A DNA stretch of 34,063 nucleotides from a virus (taxonomy: Duplodnaviria > Caudoviricetes): IMG/VR virus record IMGVR_UViG_3300018015_000022, positions 1 through 34,063 of that record. One strand, written 5' to 3'. Below the pieces are notes generated by a model. It did not search any database and was not told where the DNA came from. It saw only the letters and a program-made list of their open reading frames with translations. How positions within the stretch are numbered: position 1 is the stretch's first letter; each line of letters opens with the position of its first letter. Below, piece by piece: positions 19,501-27,683 of the stretch. The position numbers were made by a program, and so were the translations under genes.

Positions 19501-19622
19501 GACGACAAACCAGAAGTAACCGACTGCGCGCCGCCAAGGTTGCAATAGCCGTTAATCGCGGCAATTTGCGCTGACGCGCTTACGGTAAAAATCAACACGC
19601 ATAAAGCATAAAGATGCTTCAT
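16566..19622 (-). CDS. Tailspike/fibre-like protein with N-terminal signal-peptide-like sequence
   Basis: 1018 aa. MKHLYALCVLIFTVSASAQ, then VKVYLTGTTTLATIYSD...PLTNPFTAN (spike attachment-type domain), a beta-helix-like middle, a CBM-like NLLQDTDF..W module and GVYG repeats. Confidence 0.7.
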   Translation of the reverse strand: MKHLYALCVLIFTVSASAQIAAINGYCNLGGAQSVTSGLSSSNYLLGIIPSCTVKVYLTGTTTLATIYSDSSETPLTNPFTANAASSTNPGYWLFFAAANQGYDVSLSGGISPNVYSSAVTLTGMYPGTNIVAGITQLTGDVLAGPGSGSLVATVVRINGAAIPASATVLGSNSSSQLVVASTTGSGSVVLATSPTLVTPNIGNATAKSLNNVYKVEQFSGATADVQLNACIAQLTTLTGGICDATGYGATNQTIAATVTVGNSGNNPIKVIMSNATTFRPSSALCVAGSKVFEIEQNGQLIGLSVNADANCPVSTSPYYGNVVVFDTTIAGADTTLLQDANIFSNGTTGNAIAFLTDNTTGTQYQTFVKLEHVRTTGFLNALDMDNSVGTGTSGGQFINGNIIDDFVAVSPVNCITMNTGSQGVAGDSIDGNIVSKFQCEGQTGNYLNMTGTVASQISFNRFIDFVAWDSPSRNSLVMGAAATFNYISGISIAIYPPSTAGFGNIFEQTDDFQQKVQPNLLQDTDFVQGTSVWNATSAAAVVSGVGCQDTTAFVATTSGTAADVWLEPVDVVPGATYTLTACMNESSATSGQVNLNVIVIDSTNPSYPSGTNIKNYYLTVGQSQSRILMLFTIPTGVTSVQILWNDPSVVFTTANTVSFSAPMLQYGSTNTDYVSASATPLLASILSGTTLASNVVSSSLTSVGTLTSLSTGPITESGSTTNTFSGAIANVALLSAINSGSAGIGVFGSVTGTGGVGVQGSATSGNAIWGNATSGEGVYGSSTSGTGVEGESLSNEAGYFMQDGTLTASTTHSTLYAYRNQTLGSYTSTGAIIRGEDTTASTGNLFELVKQGTNVLSVSSAGNTTIGGTLSTGVITESGSTYSTFTNTSTGIITGAIFLGPNIGTGNYTRIILGTDVSNYNALDFNFINSGGTGSASNYGLINIYGRDGLVIFSSGNVSIGNGTDSGYKLIVVGTASINSGTNQVYRCTTAGTLPIGTLTITTGDCGASTATGLYLP

Positions 19623-19639
19623 CGCTTATTCCTTTGCTG

Positions 19640-19915
19640 TTACTTAATTGCAGTCGGTTTAACTTCCTTGCTTTCCAGCTTTTTCTCTATCGGTTTCTTC
19701 TTTTCTTGCTCGACACGCAATGCATTTTGTGTGTTTTGAACTTCCTGCTGAATCTGCGGGGCTTGGCATTGTAAAAATGCAGACTGCAATTGCAAAACCT
19801 GCAACTTAAGCTGCGCTATTTGCGCCTTTAACTCAGTTACTGTTGGTTCATTTGTTTGCTGAGAAAAAGCTGGAATAGCCAGCAACAAAAACAATACATA
19901 TACAATCTTTTTCAA
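19640..19915 (-). CDS. Small secreted/periplasmic coiled-coil protein
   Basis: TTG start with SD AAGGAG. MKKIVYVLFLLLAIPAFSQQ signal-like sequence followed by a heptad segment. Confidence 0.65.
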   Translation of the reverse strand: MKKIVYVLFLLLAIPAFSQQTNEPTVTELKAQIAQLKLQVLQLQSAFLQCQAPQIQQEVQNTQNALRVEQEKKKPIEKKLESKEVKPTAIK

Positions 19916-19938
19916 GGTCTTCTCCTTTTCGCTTTAAA

Positions 19939-21414
19939 CTAGTAACCACATTGGTAATGGATGGTGTACGTCGTACTAGCCGATGGCGCGCCAAATGAGT
20001 AGCGGGTAAACCCGGTACTGGTTTCCACTGTGTAGTCCGTTGCCCCAAGTGACGTTGGTGTGTGCACCTCGGCCGAGCAGTTTGGGTAGTATGTTTGTGC
20101 TGATCCGTATAGCACTACCGTAACTTCAGTGCCAGTCGTTGTAGCTGTACCGGTTGCAAGCGTCAAATCGCCGCTATTAGTAGTGCAAGTGTGATTTGTT
20201 GCGCAAACGCAACTCGCGCCCGTGCCGGCTGCTACACCAGGAGTGCAAGAAAAGTTAGTAGAAACACCGGCATAAACTGACGATGTAACTGTTCCTAAAA
20301 ACGTAGTCGGCCCTTGATAACCTGTAACTAAGGTGCAGTTTGTGATTGAAGACAAATTAAACCCAAAGGCAACATAGGTTGTAGTGCCAGACGCACAAAC
20401 CACACCTGATCCTGTCCCAGTGATCAAGCCGCTAATCGCATGGAGTGTTGAAACGGAGTTGGCCGTCGGCAAATAGATATTTGCAGTTCCCGCCACTGTA
20501 TTTAAAAGTCCACCACTTAAAAGCAACTGACCGCCTGAGGTCATGTCGATGTTATATCCACTTGACTTGGTCATATTCGGGTTGTACATCGCCAATAATG
20601 CGCTGCTGCCACCCGATTTAATTTTCATGCTTCCAGTTAGCGCTTCACCGTATAATGTCCCATTTACAGTCAGCGTATAGCTGTTTCCGCTTAAATTTGT
20701 TCCGTAAATATGGTTGTAGCAACTCGCGCCAAGCGTTACATTTCCGCCGCTATAGCTGCCGCCGTGGCGCTCACTACGTATTGTGCTAGAGCAAGTGGCA
20801 TATGTCGTCACTCCAACTGTATTTAAGTCATAAATGATTGTCGGCAAGGAATTAACCGTTACTCCGCCACTAAAAGTCCACGTCGAGCTATTTCCATAGA
20901 TGGTTATTGGAATTGCCGGTAAAGTTGCGGCAGACGAAACAGAATAGGAAGAGTTCGGACTTGTAAAGATTGATGCCAGTCCCGTACTAGGTAAAGCAGC
21001 CGTTAAAGCTGAAAGTGTTTTGTATGGGCGTTCAATTGTTCCATCTGCTGTGTATGTGTCTGTTCGGTTTGCGTCCAGAGTCAACATGGCAGTGTCGGTT
21101 GCAGGGTAAACAAAAGCCGTTGTGCTTGCGGCAGTTTGGTATGGCTGCGCGCCAGTGGAACCGTTCAATAAACTTGCAGCGGTGGCCGATGATCCTCCCG
21201 AGCCAAATGCAACATACGTACCACCATTGCAATAGTACGGAACCCATGTTGTCGTCAAAGTAAATACAGAGCTGCCGCTGCATGAGGACGGAAGCGGTGC
21301 TCCCGACTGAAACGACGTTGCCGTGTAATTTCCAACAATAATCTGCCCATGCGCCGCTGTAGCCACTATTTCCATCACAAATATTGTCGAAAATAATGCA
21401 ATCAGCTTTTTCAT
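19939..21414 (-). CDS. Fibre/adhesin-like Thr/Ser/Gly-rich protein with signal-peptide-like N-terminus
   Basis: MKKLIALFSTIFVMEIVATAAHGQ. DGTIERPYKTLSA motif typical of the start of beta-helix proteins. Cys-containing C-terminal domain. Confidence 0.6.
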   Translation of the reverse strand: MKKLIALFSTIFVMEIVATAAHGQIIVGNYTATSFQSGAPLPSSCSGSSVFTLTTTWVPYYCNGGTYVAFGSGGSSATAASLLNGSTGAQPYQTAASTTAFVYPATDTAMLTLDANRTDTYTADGTIERPYKTLSALTAALPSTGLASIFTSPNSSYSVSSAATLPAIPITIYGNSSTWTFSGGVTVNSLPTIIYDLNTVGVTTYATCSSTIRSERHGGSYSGGNVTLGASCYNHIYGTNLSGNSYTLTVNGTLYGEALTGSMKIKSGGSSALLAMYNPNMTKSSGYNIDMTSGGQLLLSGGLLNTVAGTANIYLPTANSVSTLHAISGLITGTGSGVVCASGTTTYVAFGFNLSSITNCTLVTGYQGPTTFLGTVTSSVYAGVSTNFSCTPGVAAGTGASCVCATNHTCTTNSGDLTLATGTATTTGTEVTVVLYGSAQTYYPNCSAEVHTPTSLGATDYTVETSTGFTRYSFGAPSASTTYTIHYQCGY

Positions 21415-21418
21415 CGCT

Positions 21419-21796
21419 CTACCTCGTTAGCAGCACCGATACATTCACGGGATTTGTTAAAGCGACTAGTTTTACGCGCACGTATTTCGTATAAAACGAC
21501 GGCAATTCTATGCGCGTTACATACGAAGCATTTAGTCCGACCGTGATCGCGTCAACCGTTACGTAATGTGAATCCATATCGATATCTGCATCCTGAAGAT
21601 CAACTTCAAAAGCGCCAGGATTTCCACTAAAGAAAATCTCTAGCGAAATACCCCACGGATAAAACGTGCGGTTAACTCTTTCAATTTGGAAGGCAATGCT
21701 TGCCTCCCCCACCGCAACCGTTTCGTTGTTCCACAAATATTTCTGGTTGTTGTCACGAATCAATGCAGCTTGTGCTGTTCCCGCATAGCCTGGCAT
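21419..21796 (-). CDS. Small putative virion structural protein
   Basis: 125 aa beta-rich (KYVRVKLVAL), SD AGGAGG, within the structural operon. Confidence 0.6.
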   Translation of the reverse strand: MPGYAGTAQAALIRDNNQKYLWNNETVAVGEASIAFQIERVNRTFYPWGISLEIFFSGNPGAFEVDLQDADIDMDSHYVTVDAITVGLNASYVTRIELPSFYTKYVRVKLVALTNPVNVSVLLTR

Positions 21797-21867
21797 TACA
21801 AACCTCCTGCATAACTGGGTATAATAAAAAAGCGGTTGAACACCGCAATCTCATTCGAGGTGAGATT

Positions 21868-22386
21868 ATGGCCAAGCGTCGCGTCGAGCGCGAGCCTGTT
21901 GTCCAACCGCTCGATCAATCTATCAAACTTATTCCACTGACAAAAGGCCAAGTTGCAACTGTCGATGTTGCTGATTACGAATGGCTGATGCAATGGCCTT
22001 GGAATGCTTATTGGCACCCCAGGACCAAAAGCTATTATGCCAGACAAGCTCATGGAAAATTGATGCACCGTCTGATCCTTGGCCTGACAGATCCAGCGAT
22101 TAAATGTGATCATCAAGATGGCGATACATTGAATAACCGTCGTTATAATCTTCGCGTTGCAACTGATCAACAAAACGCTCAAAATCGTAAAACAAGAAGC
22201 GACAACAAATGTGGCCACGTTGGAATATGGTGGAGAAAAGACGTGCAGATGTGGCAAGCGTCGATTTTTGACAACGGGAAGCCTCGTCATTTGGGATACT
22301 TCCGTAACTTTGATGATGCTTTTTTCGCGCGCAGTATGGCGGAGATCGAAGTGTTTGGTCAGTTTGCGCCAATTTTGCGTCATTAG
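21868..22386 (+). CDS. HNH-AP2 homing endonuclease, antisense to the operon
   Basis: IPLTKGQVATVD..DYE, MHRLIL, CDHQDGDTLNNRRYNLR (HNH), GHVGIWW...WQASI...HLGYF...A..AR (AP2). SD GAGGTG before ATG 21868. TATAAT at 21820-21825. Confidence 0.93.
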   Translation: MAKRRVEREPVVQPLDQSIKLIPLTKGQVATVDVADYEWLMQWPWNAYWHPRTKSYYARQAHGKLMHRLILGLTDPAIKCDHQDGDTLNNRRYNLRVATDQQNAQNRKTRSDNKCGHVGIWWRKDVQMWQASIFDNGKPRHLGYFRNFDDAFFARSMAEIEVFGQFAPILRH

Positions 22387-23396
22387 CTTCCCCAGTTGCC
22401 CAAATTTAGTTGTCCAGTAACACTTGAATACGGCTCACCAAATGCAGACGGCAAACGTTGCATCTTGCTAAAATACAGATCCACTAGACTGCGATCCATT
22501 ACGCGAATATGTTTAAGCCGGTCATCGTATTCGGCTCGCGCCGCTTGCAATAGGAATTGCCAATTCGCTCCCGCGCCGCGCTCCATCTCATCGCCCTTTT
22601 GTGATTCCTTCCACAAATAGAGCATTTCGTACGCACGCAACTTAACTAACTCGTCATTTAGCGGATACGGCACGGTGTCAGATGGATTGCTTAGCGACGG
22701 CCAATTCGCTTGGCAAGCGAACGTATAAGGGAGTTGCGTAATCGGATGCGGCCACAGCTCATACAGCATTTGGCCGTACGTTGTACTTCCCGCGCGCGTA
22801 TCCATCTTGTACGGCACCACATACAGCGGCTCGTCAAAATCGGTTCGTTCGGCATCTTGCTCCGAAAGATCGATTTCCGTTCTGCTCCACCAATCCATAT
22901 AATTGTTGTTGGTGGTATCGCGAATGTTGTACCAGCGCTTAAATCCAGGCGGCGCGGCATAATACGCTTGGTAGATCATGTATGTGCCGCTGGTTTGCCT
23001 TGGTTCCATCCATGGCCGATCAATAGTCAATACCACTGCGTTAGGATTCGATACGTTTGCAGAAATAATGTTGTAAAGCGAATAGTAAGGAACGCGTATT
23101 TGTTGCTGCGTAAGTAATGGAGGGCTGATTAATGCTGCTGTCCACGCGGCAGAAGCCGTTGCATCCCCTGTAATAGAGGTAGTAAATGGCGTAACGGTAA
23201 TTCTTCCTGGACTAAGGAATTCCGTAGTCGGTCCGCCCAGCAATCCAGGCGTTAGCCAACCGCCATCAATTAGCTGGAAACTCCAAACGTTTTCATTCTG
23301 AATTGCAGCAAAAGCCTCATTGAGCTTAGTGGTCACTAAGCCAAAGTTTGTTCCCGGAATTCCTAATAGCTCTTGCCGCATGTTTTGAAGTGCCAT
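22383..23396 (-). CDS. Putative head-tail adaptor protein
   Basis: 337 aa with LNEAF..I.....WSF, YELWPHP and ..L.N.SD.VP motifs resembling podovirus adaptors. Follows the capsid accessory genes. Confidence 0.55.
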   Translation of the reverse strand: MALQNMRQELLGIPGTNFGLVTTKLNEAFAAIQNENVWSFQLIDGGWLTPGLLGGPTTEFLSPGRITVTPFTTSITGDATASAAWTAALISPPLLTQQQIRVPYYSLYNIISANVSNPNAVVLTIDRPWMEPRQTSGTYMIYQAYYAAPPGFKRWYNIRDTTNNNYMDWWSRTEIDLSEQDAERTDFDEPLYVVPYKMDTRAGSTTYGQMLYELWPHPITQLPYTFACQANWPSLSNPSDTVPYPLNDELVKLRAYEMLYLWKESQKGDEMERGAGANWQFLLQAARAEYDDRLKHIRVMDRSLVDLYFSKMQRLPSAFGEPYSSVTGQLNLGNWGS

Positions 23397-23407
23397 ACTT
23401 TGCCTTT

Positions 23408-23447
23408 AACAAAACGCCCCCTGCGAGTCGACCCCGCAAGAGGCGTT
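23408..23447 (-). terminator. Intrinsic terminator-like hairpin after the head genes
   Basis: - strand AACGCCTCTTGCGGG-GTCGA-CTCGCAGGGGGCGTT followed by TTGTT. Confidence 0.65.
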
Positions 23448-23475
23448 AAGTTTGTCCTTCGGGAGAAAGACTCCG

Positions 23476-24483
23476 TTAAAACTGTCCGACAAACGCTAAA
23501 AGCTGAACGGTTTCTCCAGATAAATTTTGCCCGGATACAACCTCTGATCCAATTGAAGCTGCTGCACTCACAGTCACATTGGTTGCCCCCGAAATGGTTA
23601 CTGCGCCTGTCGTAGTAAGTGCTCTGCCATTAAGTGTGCCGCCGCCAAGGGTAACCCCACTTACCGTCAAAATGTTTCCGTTTACTGTCGAAGTTGCTAC
23701 CGAGGTAAAAGCGCTTCCAGCTACAAAAACCACATTTGCGGCTTGTGCGCCGTTAATCAGCGCAACCGTCTGTCCACTAGCAAGGTTGATCGTTGATCCC
23801 GCAACGAACACAAACACAGCACTTGAATTTCCTTGAGCGTCCAGAATAATTCCCGTAGGCATTGTCAAACTGGTCGACCCAAAATAATATCCTGGCGTGT
23901 AAGTCGATGCTGTCGAGCCATTGCCACCCGTGCTTAGATTGGTCAGGCCAGACAATGTCGGGGTCAACCCCTGGTAATAAATGATTGCCGCCGTCAACGC
24001 TGTTTGCGCAGCGGATGCAGCGGTGTTGTCAATTACCGCCGGAGAAGTCAAAGTGCCTGGAGGAAATCCGCTAATGCTTGTGGTGGGATAGCTTCCGATG
24101 TTCCCACCCGTAATGACGGAACTTCCAGTGTTTGTGATGCCGGAGTATGCCAGCAACGCGTAATTAGCGGCTGTGCCAAGGCGTGTCGTGACAACGGAGC
24201 CCCCACCGCTAGTGCTTGCAAGAAACCAACGTAAATACCACTGCTGCCGAACGCCAATTCCCGTGGGATTGGCATAAACCACGTAATTTTTGCTTATGCT
24301 TTCTTCGCCGCCGATAAGCGCATCAATGTAGTAATTCGACAAGTTCAGTGTTACCAAATCTCCTGTACCAGCAACGTAAGCCGTCGGTCCAGTACCACTT
24401 CCGACAAAAAGTCCGCGCCGTCCAACAAATTCTGGATAGAGTGGACCTGCTCCGGTACCTTTTCCGATCGCTGTAAGAATCAC
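23476..24483 (-). CDS. Putative decoration protein paralog with inserted DUF3494 ice-binding-like domain
   Basis: N- and C-termini align with the 120-aa neighbour. Insert LGTAANYALLAYSGITNTGSSVITG.NIG..P..SISGFPPG...TPGYY...LDAQGNSSAVFVF...LINGAQAANV.F...GNIL...NGRALT matches DUF3494. Confidence 0.88.
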   Translation of the reverse strand: MILTAIGKGTGAGPLYPEFVGRRGLFVGSGTGPTAYVAGTGDLVTLNLSNYYIDALIGGEESISKNYVVYANPTGIGVRQQWYLRWFLASTSGGGSVVTTRLGTAANYALLAYSGITNTGSSVITGGNIGSYPTTSISGFPPGTLTSPAVIDNTAASAAQTALTAAIIYYQGLTPTLSGLTNLSTGGNGSTASTYTPGYYFGSTSLTMPTGIILDAQGNSSAVFVFVAGSTINLASGQTVALINGAQAANVVFVAGSAFTSVATSTVNGNILTVSGVTLGGGTLNGRALTTTGAVTISGATNVTVSAAASIGSEVVSGQNLSGETVQLLAFVGQF

Positions 24484-24504
24484 AATTGCTCCTTGCTGCG
24501 ACTG

Positions 24505-24867
24505 TTAAAACTGACCAACCAGCGCACCAAGCTGAACAGACTCGCCTGAAAGGTTAGTCGTACTTGTCACTTCGGTTCCGACCGTGCCAGCAGATGCCAA
24601 AGCGTAGAACCAGCGTAGATACCATTGCTGTCGTGCACCAGTTCCTGCAGGTGCTGGGTAAACCAAATACTTGCCGCTTACGCTTGTTACGCCACCGAGA
24701 AGAGCATCGATATAGTAGCTAGGCAAGGGCAATGTCACCAGATCTCCCGTGCCAGAAACGTAGGATGCAGGCCCAGTACCATATCCGACAAAGGTTGCGC
24801 GTCGACCGATAAAGTCCGGATAGAGTGGACCAGCGCCACTGCCTTTTACGATCGCTGTGAGAACCAT
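24505..24867 (-). CDS. Putative capsid decoration / minor structural protein
   Basis: 120 aa, SD AAGGAG, located after the capsid genes. Paralog of 23476..24483. Confidence 0.6.
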   Translation of the reverse strand: MVLTAIVKGSGAGPLYPDFIGRRATFVGYGTGPASYVSGTGDLVTLPLPSYYIDALLGGVTSVSGKYLVYPAPAGTGARQQWYLRWFYALASAGTVGTEVTSTTNLSGESVQLGALVGQF

Positions 24868-24904
24868 GGTTGCTCCTTACTGCAATGACTCGATGGCAAT
24901 GTTC

Positions 24905-24930
24905 GGGAGCAAGCATTGCTGCTTGCTCCC
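24905..24930. repeat. Perfect 11-bp inverted repeat (GCAA tetraloop on - strand)
   Basis: GGGAGCAAGCA-ttgc-TGCTTGCTCCC, intergenic, no U-tract. Confidence 0.75.
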
Positions 24931-24938
24931 AATCGCAA

Positions 24939-25805
24939 CTAGTCCTGGACTACCGGCACGCCGTTCATGTAAATCTTGAACAGATTGGAGGCAACAGGTT
25001 TATCAACCGCTTGACCAACAGTCGCGGCAATCGGAGATCCACTTGCAGCAGTCGATGTAACTGTTCCAGCCGCGCCAGTGCCAATGGTATTAACCCAATC
25101 GCCGACATTTGCCGTACCAATTGTCGCGTTGCCCAAGACCGTTGCCGTGCCAAGTTCCTGAACAAAGCCGTAGTTGCCCGGCGTAATCGAGTTCAAGAAC
25201 ACAACCGGCCGAACGGTGCCGACACCCGGCAACGCAGCATTACCAGCCGTAGCAACGTCGTAGCTAGTCACAAGATTCGGAGTGGTGTTTAGCTGCGCAG
25301 CGACCGTGCCGCCATTTGTACCGGTCACCGTCAGCGAGAACGATGGAACAGAAGTGTAGCCGTAGCCAGACTGCACAACGGTCGCGCTGGTGATCGTTCC
25401 CGTAGAGCCAACAACAACCTGAATCACCGCATTAAAGCCGCCGCCGCTGCCAACAGTTGCAGCAATGTTATAGGTTCCCGTTGTCGCGCCTGTGCCGGCT
25501 ACCGTAATCACAACGCTAGCAACAGTGCTCCCAGCGCGCACGTAGCCAACGGTTCCGGTCTTCACATTTGCCGCCGTGGCGCCAGAATCGACTTGCACAA
25601 AGCGATAACGCCCAGCAAACAAAATGCCATTGGTCGTATATGAACCTTGGTAAGCTTCTTGGTTAGTAGCGTCAAAGAAATCGCCAAGATTTAGTCCACC
25701 AGCCGCAAACGGTTGGCCAGTACGGAAATCCGTAATCGCAGTCGGCGAAGTAAAGTTTCCGTTATTCCATGCCAACCAAGTAGGTACGATCGGTTGAAAG
25801 GGCAT
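24939..25805 (-). CDS. Putative capsid cement / decoration protein
   Basis: 288 aa Gly/Thr/Ala-rich, directly after the major capsid gene. YRFVQV and ITPGNYGFVQ..G.A.V motifs. SD AGGAG. Confidence 0.6.
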   Translation of the reverse strand: MPFQPIVPTWLAWNNGNFTSPTAITDFRTGQPFAAGGLNLGDFFDATNQEAYQGSYTTNGILFAGRYRFVQVDSGATAANVKTGTVGYVRAGSTVASVVITVAGTGATTGTYNIAATVGSGGGFNAVIQVVVGSTGTITSATVVQSGYGYTSVPSFSLTVTGTNGGTVAAQLNTTPNLVTSYDVATAGNAALPGVGTVRPVVFLNSITPGNYGFVQELGTATVLGNATIGTANVGDWVNTIGTGAAGTVTSTAASGSPIAATVGQAVDKPVASNLFKIYMNGVPVVQD

Positions 25806-25820
25806 GATTTTCTCCTAACT

Positions 25821-27053
25821 TCAGGCAGTAAATCCAAACGCGTAATTGGAATGCCGCGGCTGGGTGTTGTATAAATTGGTGCCAAGCCGCATGAACAAAG
25901 CATCAATGCTCACGTTGTTCGGCATGGGCGCGCGCCGCAGTCCAAAGTTCCAACCCTTCTTATTTGTCGGGCGGATCTTGAAGCTTTCTGGCTCCAGGAA
26001 ATAAAGCACTTCAGACGGCTGAATCGTCGCATTCGAAGGCAACCCAGAACCGGTCGGCGATACAGATACAGGAGCGCCATTCTTCGTAAACTGCGGCGTG
26101 GTAAACGAAACCGTCGCCGTGCTCGATCCAACGCCGTCAGCAAGATTTGTGTTTCCAGCCGCGCCATTGGCTGGTGCCAGTTCAAGATAGTTTTGAGCCT
26201 GAACGGAAGGAGCTAACGGATCGGCATAAATGTCAACGCCGTTAAAGTTCAGACCATCCCACTTAATGTCGTGCTTGGTATTCGAAATATCGCGACGCTG
26301 CGCATCAAGCGCAACCGCAACAGCCTTAAATCCAAACACGTTTGTAATGCCCAACGTCGGATTGCCGCCGGTCACTTTGCACTGCGACCAAAGCTGCATC
26401 AGCGCCGCAAAATCAATTTGACCAGTTGCGCCAGTCGATGTACCCAAATACAGCGGCGTGGTATTTAGCGCTGTACCAATATTTCCATTGCGCGCCTGGC
26501 CACCGTAAGTGGTATAAATGTTGCCGTACACCGAGGGATCAATTCCGTTATTCAGCGCTTCATCCAGGCCATTGATCGTCTTAATACGATTGTCCTGAAC
26601 GGTCGTCGAAGAAGGCTGGCCGTGGCGGAACGAATCCATCTCTTGCATGGTGTTCATGGTCATAACCATGGCTTCCATGAAGAGCTGGTACTCATCCACA
26701 ATCCGCGACGGGCCGGAATTGATAACGCCTCCGGTGCCGGAGCCATCATCCATTTCCCAGTCATCCAGCGGATACCAGGTCGCATACGCCTTCGGCAGGA
26801 ACTTGATGCCGGTGTTGATCTGCTGGCGCGTAACCGTCACGGTCTGGCCAGGATTCACCGCTGCACCCTGCGTACGCCCGTACAGGATGCCTTCCATCAT
26901 GCCCGCGCCGCCTAGGAACTCGTCCCAAACACCAGCACGACGCAACTTAGCCTGAAAGGGGGTATCCACGAACAAGTTGTTATAAACTACATTTTTGCGG
27001 ACGCTTTCGAGGTTACTAGCGTCAATCTCGTTATACAGAGGATCTTGTGGCAT
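25821..27053 (-). CDS. Major capsid protein
   Basis: About 410 aa, between scaffold and decoration genes. ..INGL.., G...LNFNGVDIYAD..P, LYFL, and C-terminal NL...PR features resemble HK97-fold capsids of podoviruses. Start ATG 27053 or GTG 27059. Confidence 0.8.
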   Translation of the reverse strand: MPQDPLYNEIDASNLESVRKNVVYNNLFVDTPFQAKLRRAGVWDEFLGGAGMMEGILYGRTQGAAVNPGQTVTVTRQQINTGIKFLPKAYATWYPLDDWEMDDGSGTGGVINSGPSRIVDEYQLFMEAMVMTMNTMQEMDSFRHGQPSSTTVQDNRIKTINGLDEALNNGIDPSVYGNIYTTYGGQARNGNIGTALNTTPLYLGTSTGATGQIDFAALMQLWSQCKVTGGNPTLGITNVFGFKAVAVALDAQRRDISNTKHDIKWDGLNFNGVDIYADPLAPSVQAQNYLELAPANGAAGNTNLADGVGSSTATVSFTTPQFTKNGAPVSVSPTGSGLPSNATIQPSEVLYFLEPESFKIRPTNKKGWNFGLRRAPMPNNVSIDALFMRLGTNLYNTQPRHSNYAFGFTA

Positions 27054-27065
27054 AATCACGACCAG

Positions 27066-27671
27066 CTAGGCAATAGCTAGAACTTTTTGAACTGTTGCCG
27101 TATGCTGCTCCTTTCGATTTTTCCAATCAATTCGAGCTTTTTCGTTCTTTGCTTGAAGCCAAGCTGGATCAGATGCTTTGCGCCGGTAATATTCCGCTTT
27201 TTGCTCCCTACGCGCTTTAGCAGTTGGGCTACTACGCCGTTCCCGTTCCTCTTCATAAAACGAAAGGAGACTATTTTTTAAAAAATCCATCGAAAGTCCG
27301 CTTGTAGACTTTCCTTTTAAAAACTCCAAGCTATTAGTTGCATCGACTTGTCCCTTACGCCGTGCCGTCAAAAATTCGTAAATAAGAGCTATAAAAATAC
27401 GCGCGCGATCGCCACAAATCTCCCAAGAATGGCAACCGCTTTTATTTAGGCCACGGATACTTCCGCCAAACCAATCACGCAACCAATAAAGAAGTTCCGG
27501 ATCTTTTTGTGGAACAGTAACCATAAATCCGCGTTTGGTATGCCCACACAACCGGCACGTCCCTTCGCCCTCGTAGATTCCTGCGGACCATGCGATATCA
27601 GTCGCGGTAGGAATCTTTGTGGCTTCAAGCTCGGGTTTGTTTGGCCTTGTCCAGTTATTCATTGCAATCAA
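27066..27671 (-). CDS. LAGLIDADG-family putative homing endonuclease
   Basis: DIAWSAGIYEGEG motif, V.QKDPELLYWLRDWFGGSI and a basic C-terminal tail. Start TTG 27671 or ATG 27662. Confidence 0.8.
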   Translation of the reverse strand: MIAMNNWTRPNKPELEATKIPTATDIAWSAGIYEGEGTCRLCGHTKRGFMVTVPQKDPELLYWLRDWFGGSIRGLNKSGCHSWEICGDRARIFIALIYEFLTARRKGQVDATNSLEFLKGKSTSGLSMDFLKNSLLSFYEEERERRSSPTAKARREQKAEYYRRKASDPAWLQAKNEKARIDWKNRKEQHTATVQKVLAIA

Positions 27672-27683
27672 GCTTTCATGCCT

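Noticed and set aside
21700-21867. N-terminal extension of the HNH ORF
   Set aside because: It overlaps a structural gene on the opposite strand. SD and -10 box support ATG 21868.
23476-24867. Paralog pair as a diversity-generating retroelement TR/VR
   Set aside because: Differences are not adenine-specific, both are full genes with SDs, and no reverse transcriptase is in the window.
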